Origin: a virus
Taxonomy: Duplodnaviria > Caudoviricetes
Length of the DNA: 64,000 bases
IMG/VR virus record: IMGVR_UViG_3300026159_000398
Direction: 5' to 3' (one strand)
Made by a program: the position numbers and the translations under genes. The notes under the pieces were generated by a model. It was given only the letters and a program-made list of their open reading frames with translations, did not search any database and was not told the DNA's origin. Shown one piece after another: positions 1 to 8,798 of the stretch (within the stretch, counting starts at the first letter, position 1; every line of letters begins with the position of its first letter).

Positions 1-507
1 GATTGGGTCAACATCACCTTTTGAATTTGGTTTGGCTTTGATGATGTGAATTTTTTCTGCTACTTCTTCTGAACCAACAATATGGACAGAAAAATCATAG
101 TTGGCTGCCGCTTCAATCATTACTTTAAATGAAGCACCACCCATTCTGATATTATTGCCAAGCATGACATCCAAAAGAAATGATTTTCCTTTGCCTTCTT
201 CACCACTTATAAGAGCGATACGAGAACCAGGAAAACCTGCAAAAAAATCATTTGAGATAATCCAGTTCAATGCGTAACTTCCTGTATCGAGCCAATAAGG
301 AACATTGCCACCATGTTTCAATGATGTGGCACGAATTCCCGTATTACACTCAAGAAAATCTGCCAGATCGTCTGTAAATTTGATGGCATTTGCGTCATCT
401 TTAGAAACTTTTACTTTCTTTGGTTTTTCAACCGCATCAGAAGCTTCTTCTGAAGTTTCATCAATATCAACTTCAGCTTCTATGTCTGATTTTTTTCTTC
501 TTCCCAT
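1..507 (-). CDS. uvsX: UvsX/RecA-like recombinase (5' part; runs off the window edge)
   Basis: Not in the ORF track. My translation from ATG at 507 reads MGRRKKSD...WLDTGSYALNWIISNDFFAGFPGSRIALISGEEGKGKSFLL, which contains the RecA-family DTGSxxLN..G.P.GR motif and Walker A GEEGKGKS. It lies next to a gp32-like SSB. Confidence 0.9.
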   Translation of the reverse strand, partial: MGRRKKSDIEAEVDIDETSEEASDAVEKPKKVKVSKDDANAIKFTDDLADFLECNTGIRATSLKHGGNVPYWLDTGSYALNWIISNDFFAGFPGSRIALISGEEGKGKSFLLDVMLGNNIRMGGASFKVMIEAAANYDFSVHIVGSEEVAEKIHIIKAKPNSKGDVDPI

Positions 508-532
508 TGTTTTTGTCCTATGTTGTGTAATT

Positions 533-570
533 AAAAAATAGGGTGGTGATGCTATCGGTCACCACCACCC
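533..570 (-). terminator. Probable intrinsic terminator after the SSB gene
   Basis: GGGTGGTG (541-548) and CACCACCC (563-570) form an inverted repeat, followed on the minus strand by TATTTTT. Confidence 0.65.
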
Positions 571-604
571 CATTGAATGAAACATTTCTCATGAAAATAA
601 AGAC

Positions 605-1570
605 TTATTCGTCATCGAGTTCGCCGAGCATTTCGTCAACGTCTTCCTCTACGTCTTTTGCAGGCGCAGCAGGTTTCTTTGCGGCTTTCTTGGCGATTTC
701 TTTCATCTCGTCCTTTTGATCTTTATTGACTTTAGGCGCAGTTTCTTGAGCTTTTTCTTCTTCTTCAGATTCAGCTTTTTTGCCGAGGCTGTCGATATAG
801 TCGTTCAGAATTTGCTCGACAACTGCGTAATTCGTCTCATAAGGAACATAAGTCTTGAGATCGATGCGATTAGCAAACAGTTCCATTTCTTCATCATCAA
901 GTTTGCGAACTTTCTTTTGGGCAAAGCTGTCAGCATACGTGATGTCCCAGGAGTTGTCACCATCTTTGGCCATTTTAATTGAGAAGTCATGGCCTTCAGT
1001 TGGGCTGATGAGGTCAAAGTAATCTTTGTCTTCATCAATTTCCAGAGAAGTTTGATCTACCCACTGATCATCAATATCTTTGAAGAATGGGAGACCCATT
1101 GTGACGCAAATAACTCGAGCGAGTTTTCCGTCATTTGAGCGGTCTTGAAGAACACGATATTTTTTGGACATATCAGTTTCATCAACAAGCAGACCATGGA
1201 AGAAATAGTGGCGCTTTCTTTTAAGTGTAGAGGCGATTCTTTTGATTTCCCCATCACTGTTTTTCTCTGCAGCATTGTACCATTCACGAACTGCAACATC
1301 GATGGGATCTTCTTTTTCAACACCATCAACTTTGAAGCGGCGAGGAACATAAACGAACTTTCCGCCTTTTCCATTGTCTCCGGTGCCAGGAATATAATGG
1401 TACGCATGAGTATGGTAAAAGAGATCAGCTTCGTCTTTTGCAGGGAAGAAACGGAAATTGGTTTTTCCAATCTTAGGAATAAAATCGAGAGGATTTCTTG
1501 AGCCGTTTTCAATAGCGTCTTCGGCTTTTTTTCTGAGGCGGGTACGCAAGTCTTGTAGATTGTTAGACAT
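605..1570 (-). CDS. T4 gp32-like single-stranded DNA-binding protein
   Basis: The FRFFPA..., DPIDVAVREWY...KRKRHYF and FDLISPTEGHDFSIK pattern matches gp32. It has an acidic C-terminal tail (EEDVDEMLGELDDE) and is adjacent to uvsX. Confidence 0.8.
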   Translation of the reverse strand: MSNNLQDLRTRLRKKAEDAIENGSRNPLDFIPKIGKTNFRFFPAKDEADLFYHTHAYHYIPGTGDNGKGGKFVYVPRRFKVDGVEKEDPIDVAVREWYNAAEKNSDGEIKRIASTLKRKRHYFFHGLLVDETDMSKKYRVLQDRSNDGKLARVICVTMGLPFFKDIDDQWVDQTSLEIDEDKDYFDLISPTEGHDFSIKMAKDGDNSWDITYADSFAQKKVRKLDDEEMELFANRIDLKTYVPYETNYAVVEQILNDYIDSLGKKAESEEEEKAQETAPKVNKDQKDEMKEIAKKAAKKPAAPAKDVEEDVDEMLGELDDE

Positions 1571-1628
1571 TGTTTTAACTCCTTGTTAATTTTGTTTTTT
1601 GTTTGTAAGTGTTTTATTCTTACTATAG

Positions 1629-1638
1629 AATTATATTA
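1629..1638 (-). promoter_or_regulatory. TAATATAATT candidate phage promoter
   Basis: Exact copy of the recurring intergenic motif, about 60 nt upstream of the SSB start. Confidence 0.55.
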
Positions 1639-1684
1639 CACCACAACAAAAAATTTTTATGCTTTTTCTGTATCAGATGAAAAA

Positions 1685-1915
1685 TTATTCCACTATACTC
1701 CAATCTTCTGCCATGATATCTGTTTGACTTGCGAGCCATGGGCAACGATTGCCATTAGGATATTCAATGTAGAGGTAAGGAAGATTCATCTTACTATTCG
1801 CATCAGGAAATTGTGCTTTGACTTTGAGGTCTTTTCCATTCCATCCTGATCTTTGAATGGATTTGCCAGCTTTTGCAGCCGCCAGTGCTTCTCCGAAATT
1901 CATTGTGTTTTCCAT
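1685..1915 (-). CDS. tad2: DUF2829 / Tad2-family protein (putative cyclic-nucleotide sponge)
   Basis: MNFGEAL..AKAGK.I.RSGWNGK ... PWLASQTDIMAEDW is the DUF2829 signature; 76 aa. Confidence 0.8.
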   Translation of the reverse strand: MENTMNFGEALAAAKAGKSIQRSGWNGKDLKVKAQFPDANSKMNLPYLYIEYPNGNRCPWLASQTDIMAEDWSIVE

Positions 1916-1926
1916 GTTTTACTCCT

Positions 1927-2295
1927 TTACTCTTTTCTTTTTAATCTTTTGGTGACAAAATTCGGCGCTTCTTCTACTTCATCACCGCTGTTTCCGACAT
2001 CGTTTTTTTCAACTTCATTTTCTTCAGGTGATATTATAACACCTTTAGCCAAATCAATTTCAGCATCAGGGTGTTGGACTTCATACTTGGCGCGAATTTG
2101 TTTTGAAAATTCACGATACTTCTCTTCGATAGCGAAGTATGTTTGAGTAACACGAATCTTTTCAATTTCAAGTGCTGCAATTTTGTTTTCACATTCAGCA
2201 ATTGAATTATTAAGCATTTGAAAATACTTTACGTCTTTTTCACTTAGTTTAATTTCCATATTTACACTCCTCAAAAAGTTCACAATTAAAATCAA
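1927..2295 (-). CDS. Hypothetical coiled-coil protein (likely start at MEIKL)
   Basis: ORF packed into the operon, with GAGGAG upstream of the internal ATG. Confidence 0.6.
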   Translation of the reverse strand: MILIVNFLRSVNMEIKLSEKDVKYFQMLNNSIAECENKIAALEIEKIRVTQTYFAIEEKYREFSKQIRAKYEVQHPDAEIDLAKGVIISPEENEVEKNDVGNSGDEVEEAPNFVTKRLKRKE

Positions 2296-2740
2296 AATTT
2301 AAAGCGCAATTATTCAAAAAATCCGTCAAAAAAACGTCCATTTGATCATTGGCACATTTGTAACATGAAATATCATTAGGAATCGGAAAAATAGTTATTG
2401 GAAAACTTTTAGTATTTAATGCCAATGCTGGTACGCCATGCATCAATCTAAAATCCTCTTCAATGATTTTCGCAATACGTTCTTTTAAAATTTTATTAAT
2501 GATGTCTACAATATGTCGTCCACGATTAAAATTAAAAACTTCGTATTTCAATCCTTTATGATTCATTTCGTAATCGAGACACGATTTGAAAATACCACAA
2601 GTTATTTTTAGTCCTTTAACGGTATCATGAGTTAAAGACCATTTACATTTAGTACAGTATTTTTTTCTGAAGTCGTTGTTGATTTCATCATATTTTATCA
2701 CAATATTCCTTCTTATAATTGCACCATTTGCATTGGTCAT
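2249..2740 (-). CDS. Hypothetical protein with Cys motifs
   Basis: ORF overlapping both neighbours; contains CTKC and CYKC. The start is uncertain. Confidence 0.45.
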   Translation of the reverse strand: MTNANGAIIRRNIVIKYDEINNDFRKKYCTKCKWSLTHDTVKGLKITCGIFKSCLDYEMNHKGLKYEVFNFNRGRHIVDIINKILKERIAKIIEEDFRLMHGVPALALNTKSFPITIFPIPNDISCYKCANDQMDVFLTDFLNNCALNFDFNCELFEECKYGN

Positions 2741-3569
2741 ATTTATTACATTTCAATGATTTCAAATTATCTTTCGGAAGATTAAAAATGAATTCATCGA
2801 TTTCGGCCACTTCAGCAAATAAGTCATCAAATTTCTTTTGCTTTCTCTCTTCATCATCAAGAATTTTAAATTGTTGTTTGAGAAATAAAGCTCGCTCCAT
2901 GCGATTCATAACTATAAAAGTAAATGAATCCATCGGAAAACCAAATTGTTGTTTTGTTAAATGTTCATACAAGATACTTTGAATCTCATAATCCCAATCA
3001 ACAAAATAATATTTGGAACTATCAGTGGTGACTTTTAAATCGAATATTTCGTATCTATTTTCGTCATGAAAAAGCGTGACGTCAGTAATTCCAGTCATGC
3101 GGAGTCTTTCATTATAAGGAACATAAATCTTAAATTCAGAAAGAAGTTTATGAAATTGCAGTGGAATAAACTTATTTATAAAAGAAGTAAGTATGCGGGA
3201 ATATTTGTCACCATCACTTAAATAATCTTCTTCATTATAATCTCTGCTCAGCTTGAATTTTTTGCCAGCTGATTTTCTCATATCATTATAACGATCTGCA
3301 AATTGGCCTTTCACCATGCGAAGCAATGATAATTCATCACGTTCACCAGCGTTTATACTATTAAGAACATCTTCGAGAATAGCGTGTTGAACCTTTCCGA
3401 AAAGAGTTCCAGGCCATGTAGTTTCAATATCACCTATGTTGGTGAAATAGCGGAAAACATATTTCAACTTGCAAGTCTCATAACTATTTATCTGACTTTG
3501 GCTGAGACTCCAAGGTGCTTTAATATCTTTGAATTCAAAATCCATTTTTAATACCAACTTATATGGCAA
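2688..3569 (-). CDS. PD-(D/E)XK nuclease, Cas4/RecB-like
   Basis: N-terminal SQSQINSYETCKLKY, GKVQHAILE, catalytic GITDV..IFDLK and QSILY, and a C-terminal C..CKWCNYKKEYC cluster. Confidence 0.8.
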   Translation of the reverse strand: MPYKLVLKMDFEFKDIKAPWSLSQSQINSYETCKLKYVFRYFTNIGDIETTWPGTLFGKVQHAILEDVLNSINAGERDELSLLRMVKGQFADRYNDMRKSAGKKFKLSRDYNEEDYLSDGDKYSRILTSFINKFIPLQFHKLLSEFKIYVPYNERLRMTGITDVTLFHDENRYEIFDLKVTTDSSKYYFVDWDYEIQSILYEHLTKQQFGFPMDSFTFIVMNRMERALFLKQQFKILDDEERKQKKFDDLFAEVAEIDEFIFNLPKDNLKSLKCNKYDQCKWCNYKKEYCDKI

Positions 3570-3817
3570 TCATGTTGTGCCTTTTGTACTGAATATTTTT
3601 GCTTTTCAAAAAAAGTAATGACTTCATCTTCGGGAACAAAACCTATATAAATGACATTTTGAGCATGATTAAAAACCGCTTCCCAAATTTTTCTCTTAAT
3701 AATTTTAATTTCTTTTTTGACAAGTTGTTTATGGACACGTTTAGCATCACGTTCCAATGTGCTATCAAAATAGTTTCTTGTAATAGCTGTCCAATATTTT
3801 GCCTTATGCGCGTTCAT
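3548..3817 (-). CDS. Hypothetical protein
   Basis: 89-aa ORF at the head of the leftward operon; TATATAATT lies just upstream. Confidence 0.55.
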   Translation of the reverse strand: MNAHKAKYWTAITRNYFDSTLERDAKRVHKQLVKKEIKIIKRKIWEAVFNHAQNVIYIGFVPEDEVITFFEKQKYSVQKAQHDCHISWY

Positions 3818-3987
3818 GATAAATTATATAAAGCTAAGAATAAAAACGTATAGGAAAACATCTAAGAGGTATTAAGGAATATGGCATTTGGCCTTTACAG
3901 AGTGATTTTAGTTTTTTTGCATCACTTTTGTTTAGGAAAAGTGGGAGTGAAAATAGTGTATAAAACTAAAAAAAAGAAGACATCCAT

Positions 3988-3997
3988 GAATATAATT
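3988..3997 (+). promoter_or_regulatory. GAATATAATT candidate phage promoter
   Basis: Variant of the recurring motif, about 35 nt upstream of the ATG at 4033. Confidence 0.45.
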
Positions 3998-4032
3998 TTA
4001 ATATATTAGAAAGCTTAGGAGTAAAAAGAGTA

Positions 4033-4857
4033 ATGAGCGAAAATGAAAAACTGCCTACTAACGTCGAAGAAAAACCCTACGTAGACGTCCATCAAAATCT
4101 AAATCAACAAGAACAGGAGGATCTTTTGGCGCCATTTATGACGAAGTTCGAAAAGTTTCGTAACGCCGCAAAGAAGAGTATATTTGTTCGACTATCTGCT
4201 AAACTTTGGCAATTAGCACATGACCCAATTAGAAAATTAAATTGGCTGTCTTTTATAACAATCATCGTTTTATTTGTGAGTATCACTTTTGTTGCAATGA
4301 ACTACAAAGCTTCTCGCACAAGAGAAAGTGGAGTTGGTTACCAACAATTTGGAATCATGAATCAGCTTGAACAATTAAAAAAGACGCATGAGTACTACAC
4401 AAAAGTAGCTACTAAAGAAGAGCGCCTCATGAGATGGGTTATGGCCTTTAGTAATTGGAAATACCAAACTGATGGTGACCCCAAAAAACTTGAAGGTGAT
4501 TGCGTTGGTGCTCTTTATCATTATTTTTCCAAATGGGGTTCTAACTTCCAACTTGAAAATATTCCATGGTTAATAACAAGAACACAGAATCTTGCAAGTC
4601 GTGGTGAGTTAAAAATTCGCAAATCCATTAGTGACGTACAATCAGGTGACATCATCATTTTAAAAATAAGTGAATCCAATCAGCATCTTGGTGTTGTTTA
4701 TACAACTACAGGAAACTGGATTCAATACATGGATATGAACGTTGCTACCAATATGGGTTTGGAAAAAATTCAATGGGGAAACGGCTGGATAACAAGTGTT
4801 GTTGAAGTTAGTTATTCTCTGTGGATTGGAAATTTAATGTCAGAATTAAACAAGTAA
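4033..4857 (+). CDS. Membrane-anchored protein with a CHAP/NlpC-P60-like C-terminal domain
   Basis: One hydrophobic helix (WLSFITIIVLFVSITFVAM), then GDCVGAL ... GDIIILK ... HLGVV, a Cys-His pattern typical of papain-like amidases. Confidence 0.55.
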   Translation: MSENEKLPTNVEEKPYVDVHQNLNQQEQEDLLAPFMTKFEKFRNAAKKSIFVRLSAKLWQLAHDPIRKLNWLSFITIIVLFVSITFVAMNYKASRTRESGVGYQQFGIMNQLEQLKKTHEYYTKVATKEERLMRWVMAFSNWKYQTDGDPKKLEGDCVGALYHYFSKWGSNFQLENIPWLITRTQNLASRGELKIRKSISDVQSGDIIILKISESNQHLGVVYTTTGNWIQYMDMNVATNMGLEKIQWGNGWITSVVEVSYSLWIGNLMSELNK

Positions 4858-5036
4858 TGGGTGATTTTAAGTACAAATTATTTAATACGCTTTTGGCGTT
4901 GTGGCATTATTATCCTCAATTAACTATAGGTCAGTTGATCAAGTTAATTGGGGGTGATAAGTCCATGAACGACGAAGAATTAGAAAAAGAAGCTGCCGAA
5001 TTATTACAAAAATATCAGGAACAGGGTGAGTTATGA
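4857..5036 (+). CDS. Hypothetical protein (likely start MGDFK, TAATG overlap)
   Basis: Coupled to the upstream stop; LWHYYPQLTIGQLI resembles small phage proteins. Confidence 0.55.
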   Translation: MGDFKYKLFNTLLALWHYYPQLTIGQLIKLIGGDKSMNDEELEKEAAELLQKYQEQGEL

Positions 5037-5245
5037 GTGGGAAACATGAAAGTTATATTTGTCTCGAATGTGGTCGTTTAGCAGGAATGAGAGAACCAAC
5101 TCCGTGTTTTTTCTGTGGTGCTCGAAATTTCATGAGTGTAGATCGTTTTGTAGAAACCTGGCCAGAACCACACTTCTTAATGCAAGATATTGCTGCCAAA
5201 AAACAAGGCTTCAAAACGGAATTTAATCCGCAACCTACATCATAG
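5033..5245 (+). CDS. Small zinc-ribbon protein
   Basis: CLEC...CFFC; ATGA overlap with the previous gene. Confidence 0.6.
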   Translation: MSGKHESYICLECGRLAGMREPTPCFFCGARNFMSVDRFVETWPEPHFLMQDIAAKKQGFKTEFNPQPTS

Positions 5246-6134
5246 AACCAAGTGTATCCGCTGTTGAAGGAATAGTAGGAGGAATTCCAGCTGGATTTGT
5301 TCCAGGAGAACCAGATGGAATTGCAAAATGCTGAGGCTTTGATACTATCCATTGCTGAATATCATTTTGAAGATATGTCGTCATCTTCTCGCTTAACTTC
5401 TGTAAAAATAAAGTCCAATATAATTCACCAATAGTACCAAATTGTTTTGTCGAATTATAAGATTGAAATGTTGAATGAACAACATTATTCAAATCACTCG
5501 CCAATGTTTTCGCGTTTAAAGCACTAAAATCTTTTTGCAATTGACTCTTCAAATCTGCTTCAACAAACGGCACTGTAATTTTTGCTGGCACTGGAGCTGT
5601 CAAACCTGACGTACCAGCAGCTAAAGCGCCAATTGGACATGTATTGGTTGCTGAACTATATGAAGTCGTAACCGCTTTACTGACCACATCACAGATGTCC
5701 GTGAATATCTGTTTGAATGCTTCTTCCCAGTTATACATTCCTAATGTAGAAGAAACCTTTTTACCATTGCATGCGGCCTTAATATTTGTATCGATTATTG
5801 TAGCCGATGACGTGATTTTGCTTACAAATTGCGATAGATCGGGAGGATTTATGAAGATGACACTCGACTGCAATGCAGGCAGGTATTTCACTTCAGTCTG
5901 TTGTATATATGTTAGAATATTTTGATTGAGCGTCTGGCTAAAGTCTACATAAAGAATCCCCAACACCGTCTGCCAATACATGAGACCCAAACTTTTTAGG
6001 TTCGGGTCTTGTGCACTTAATGTTGCTTGAACGGCAGAATGTATTGAACTGCCAGTTATTGCTGGAGAATATTTGAATGATGAAAGCATTAAATGAATCC
6101 TAGTACATGCAGAACCACCAGAAGATCGACGCAA
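5235..6134 (-). CDS. Hypothetical, possibly virion-associated protein (likely start MLSSF near 6089)
   Basis: Long ORF with two similar internal segments (HS...G.LYW..). Confidence 0.6.
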   Translation of the reverse strand: MRRSSGGSACTRIHLMLSSFKYSPAITGSSIHSAVQATLSAQDPNLKSLGLMYWQTVLGILYVDFSQTLNQNILTYIQQTEVKYLPALQSSVIFINPPDLSQFVSKITSSATIIDTNIKAACNGKKVSSTLGMYNWEEAFKQIFTDICDVVSKAVTTSYSSATNTCPIGALAAGTSGLTAPVPAKITVPFVEADLKSQLQKDFSALNAKTLASDLNNVVHSTFQSYNSTKQFGTIGELYWTLFLQKLSEKMTTYLQNDIQQWIVSKPQHFAIPSGSPGTNPAGIPPTIPSTADTLGSMM

Positions 6135-6493
6135 TTCTTTTCTTTCATTACATCGACCATTTTTTCTGTAATATCTTCTATTTCATGAAGATAAAGAAGA
6201 GTGTTCAATTCATTGATATATAAAATTTTGAGGCAGCGATCATCAAAATCTTGAGGGTCCATTGAATTACACTTGAACATTGCATCAAGTGTACTAACGA
6301 ATTCCTCGTGTTTTTCTACCAACCACTCTCCAAGTTGTTGGTCGTTCATTGATTTGACTTTCTGCTTATTTGCCTCTAATTCAGTTACCGCTGCTTTTTG
6401 TGCGCGATTAAAATTTTCTATTTCCTTTATTTCTTTTTCGATATCTTCTCGAGCTTCTCTCAAATATTCGTCATTGCTCTTTAATTTGTCCAT
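6089..6493 (-). CDS. Hypothetical protein
   Basis: 134-aa acidic coiled-coil ORF within the operon. Confidence 0.6.
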   Translation of the reverse strand: MDKLKSNDEYLREAREDIEKEIKEIENFNRAQKAAVTELEANKQKVKSMNDQQLGEWLVEKHEEFVSTLDAMFKCNSMDPQDFDDRCLKILYINELNTLLYLHEIEDITEKMVDVMKEKNCVDLLVVLHVLGFI

Positions 6494-6496
6494 ATA

Positions 6497-7255
6497 CTAA
6501 TCCACGATAGATTTTGGTACAGCCTTCTTAGCAGTCTCAAAATTGTCATCAAGAAGAACTTGTCCAACTGGGCTCAAATGAACTCCTTCTGCTGTGACCC
6601 AAGATTTTGGCATGAGACCCCATTTTCCTGCGAAACCTTTAAACATTGGTAGAAACACGCTGTTCGAATCTTTCACAACCCATTTGTAAATAGCAGCCTC
6701 AAATTCAAGACTATGCGCTGTTGCATACATAGTAACAACTGGAGGAAGTCCATAAACAATGAGTTTGGCTTGTGGCCACATTATACGCAATCCATCAAGA
6801 CACTCAATAGACTTGGCAATAACACTATTTATTTCTTGCCATTGAAGGAGCGGATTTCCTCCAAGCGTTCCAATCATAATATATTTTGGATTAAGTTTTT
6901 TTGCATCAAGAACTGGCTTCAGAGTCATAGCCATTTTAAGCATGTGAAAGTGGTGAAAACCACCCACAGAGAACGGCAGATTTATTGATTGCCAACGATC
7001 ATGCCACATATCAACAATGGAGTCACCAAAGTTGATGGAAAGATTGTCCTTAGGACCTTCATACGCAAGGATGTCTTTGACAAATCCTCTAGCACGAGTT
7101 TCGAAAGATGGGTGATCAAGATATGGACCAACCATAGGCTTCATTGTCAAAGTCATGAGTTTATCCATTTCTTTGACCTTCTTCATTTCGTCATTATATT
7201 TGCCTTTGAGAAACGCAGTTTCAACATACGCTCCCATCAATCTTGCTGACATCAT
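6497..7255 (-). CDS. SGNH/GDSL-family hydrolase (esterase-like)
   Basis: Block I FGDSIV, block III GTLGGN and block V EGVHLS (xxH; Glu where Asp is usual). Confidence 0.7.
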   Translation of the reverse strand: MMSARLMGAYVETAFLKGKYNDEMKKVKEMDKLMTLTMKPMVGPYLDHPSFETRARGFVKDILAYEGPKDNLSINFGDSIVDMWHDRWQSINLPFSVGGFHHFHMLKMAMTLKPVLDAKKLNPKYIMIGTLGGNPLLQWQEINSVIAKSIECLDGLRIMWPQAKLIVYGLPPVVTMYATAHSLEFEAAIYKWVVKDSNSVFLPMFKGFAGKWGLMPKSWVTAEGVHLSPVGQVLLDDNFETAKKAVPKSIVD

Positions 7256-7266
7256 GATATTTCTCC

Positions 7267-7650
7267 TTATGGTGCAGGGTCAGGTACTACAGGGGGTTCT
7301 TCTTCGTCAAAAAGATTTCTGACTTGAATATCTACTGGCTCAGTGTAAAGAATTTTTGTTGGAGTAGTGACATCATCGACAATTTTGCCGTGGAATGAAT
7401 AAACCCCGGGGTCATCGAAGTCACCTTCTTCACTTGTATAAGTAATGATATTGTGTCCTGTTCCAGTAATGGAAGCAGTAACTTCACTAGTGGTTTTATC
7501 GGGTTTTTGAATGATAATAGTTGCGGCGCCAGTCAATCCAATCAATGTTTCAAGATCAACTGGAAGATATTGATAATCCACGACTACAAGGTCAACTGTG
7601 ACTCCAATCGAACCAACATAAATTCTCTGTTCTACAGATTGTATTTGCAT
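7267..7650 (-). CDS. Putative virion protein, BppU-N/Ig-like
   Basis: Beta-rich: IYVGSIG..., IQKPDKT, YTSEEGDFDDPGVY. Confidence 0.5.
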   Translation of the reverse strand: MQIQSVEQRIYVGSIGVTVDLVVVDYQYLPVDLETLIGLTGAATIIIQKPDKTTSEVTASITGTGHNIITYTSEEGDFDDPGVYSFHGKIVDDVTTPTKILYTEPVDIQVRNLFDEEEPPVVPDPAP

Positions 7651-7808
7651 AGTTAACCTTTCAGTCGTGTAATCATTCTAACGTGATACGTGCTAAAGAC
7701 TCGAAATGTTACGCCTTTATTAATTCGTGAATTAGCACGTATCAGGTTAGTTAAGAAAATTCTAAATTGATTTATCATAATAAGATATATTTTTGTTTAG
7801 AATTAACT

Positions 7809-8024
7809 TTATGATAAAAATTCTCGCAATTCCATCAAATTTTTATCAAAACGACTACATGGGTCATTCATGTATTTGATTCTCCAGCCGGCTAGATCGA
7901 CATCACTTTCAAAGATAAAATGACCATCTTTGTGATCTATAAATTTGGTGGCCCCATTTGCATCCAATTCTGAGCAAGTTTTTATAAATGCCGCCAGACC
8001 GAGTTTTTTGACTTTCAGTGTCAT
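7809..8024 (-). CDS. Hypothetical protein
   Basis: 71-aa ORF coupled to the upstream gene. Confidence 0.55.
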   Translation of the reverse strand: MTLKVKKLGLAAFIKTCSELDANGATKFIDHKDGHFIFESDVDLAGWRIKYMNDPCSRFDKNLMELREFLS

Positions 8025-8027
8025 TTC

Positions 8028-8549
8028 TTACTTCTCTTCGATGAGTTCATACAGAACATTCATCAATTCTGGAGTAATAAGACCAGTGTCTGGGAGCCAC
8101 TCAAGCTTGATCTTATAGAGATTGTCGATTGCAATTTCTTTTGAAAGAACTTGACGTTCTTTGAGAATTTGCTCCTTTCTAAATTCAAAAACATCATTAA
8201 ATTCTTTTGAAAGTTCTTGAATTTTTTCGTTGAACTCGTCGCGCTTGTCAACAAAAATCTTAAAGTTGTTGTTCTCGATGACTGCTTTTCCGTCGGCGTC
8301 TTTTTCGGAAAACTCAGTGCATATTTCCATACGCTTTGCTTCGTATGCAGCATTTCTGTCTTCGAGTTCTTTTGAGGGTTTTGTTTCTGCTAAGAGTTGT
8401 TCGCGGAGACGATTGATTTCAGGCTCAATTATGTCTTTATTGCGCTTAAGCGCATAAAGAAGCTTGGAATTAATCGTCGTTTCTTGTGATTGCTGATAAA
8501 AAATAACATTCAGCAAATTGTTGAGTTGAAATAACTGTTCGTTTATCAT
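8028..8549 (-). CDS. Hypothetical coiled-coil phage protein
   Basis: Strong AGGAG RBS and an upstream TAATATAATT motif. Confidence 0.7.
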   Translation of the reverse strand: MINEQLFQLNNLLNVIFYQQSQETTINSKLLYALKRNKDIIEPEINRLREQLLAETKPSKELEDRNAAYEAKRMEICTEFSEKDADGKAVIENNNFKIFVDKRDEFNEKIQELSKEFNDVFEFRKEQILKERQVLSKEIAIDNLYKIKLEWLPDTGLITPELMNVLYELIEEK

Positions 8550-8578
8550 TACTCTCTCCTACATTTTAAATGTTAAAT

Positions 8579-8588
8579 AATTATATTA
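8579..8588 (-). promoter_or_regulatory. TAATATAATT candidate phage promoter
   Basis: Exact motif 30 nt upstream of the start at 8549, just after a terminator. Confidence 0.55.
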
Positions 8589-8598
8589 CGCTCTGCAT

Positions 8599-8627
8599 AA
8601 AAAAACGAGAACCGAAGTTCTCGTTTT
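8599..8627 (-). terminator. Intrinsic terminator with a cUUCGg tetraloop
   Basis: The minus strand reads AAAACGAGAAC-TTCG-GTTCTCGTTTTTTT. Confidence 0.9.
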
Positions 8628-8643
8628 AAATAAGTGTGTACAC

Positions 8644-8769
8644 TTATTTCTTTGGTTCTTTTGGTGGAAGAACTGGATTGCCAGTGTTGCTTGATCCGCC
8701 GCTGCCAGAACCTTTAGTAGCAGTTGTGCCACCAAGATGGCCGTGAAGATCTCCTAATTGTTTACCCAT
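8644..8769 (-). CDS. 41-aa Gly/Ser/Thr-rich peptide (below the ORF-track cutoff)
   Basis: Translates as MGKQLGDLHGHLGGTTATKGSGSGGSSNTGNPVLPPKEPKK*. It has a strong TAGGAGG RBS 7 nt upstream and is followed directly by a terminator. Confidence 0.75.
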   Translation of the reverse strand: MGKQLGDLHGHLGGTTATKGSGSGGSSNTGNPVLPPKEPKK

Positions 8770-8798
8770 TTCTAGGCCTCCTAATATATTTTGTAAGC

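Noticed and set aside
2688-3569. Cas4 as part of a CRISPR-Cas system
   Set aside because: No other cas genes or array are present; stand-alone Cas4-like nucleases are common in phage recombination modules.
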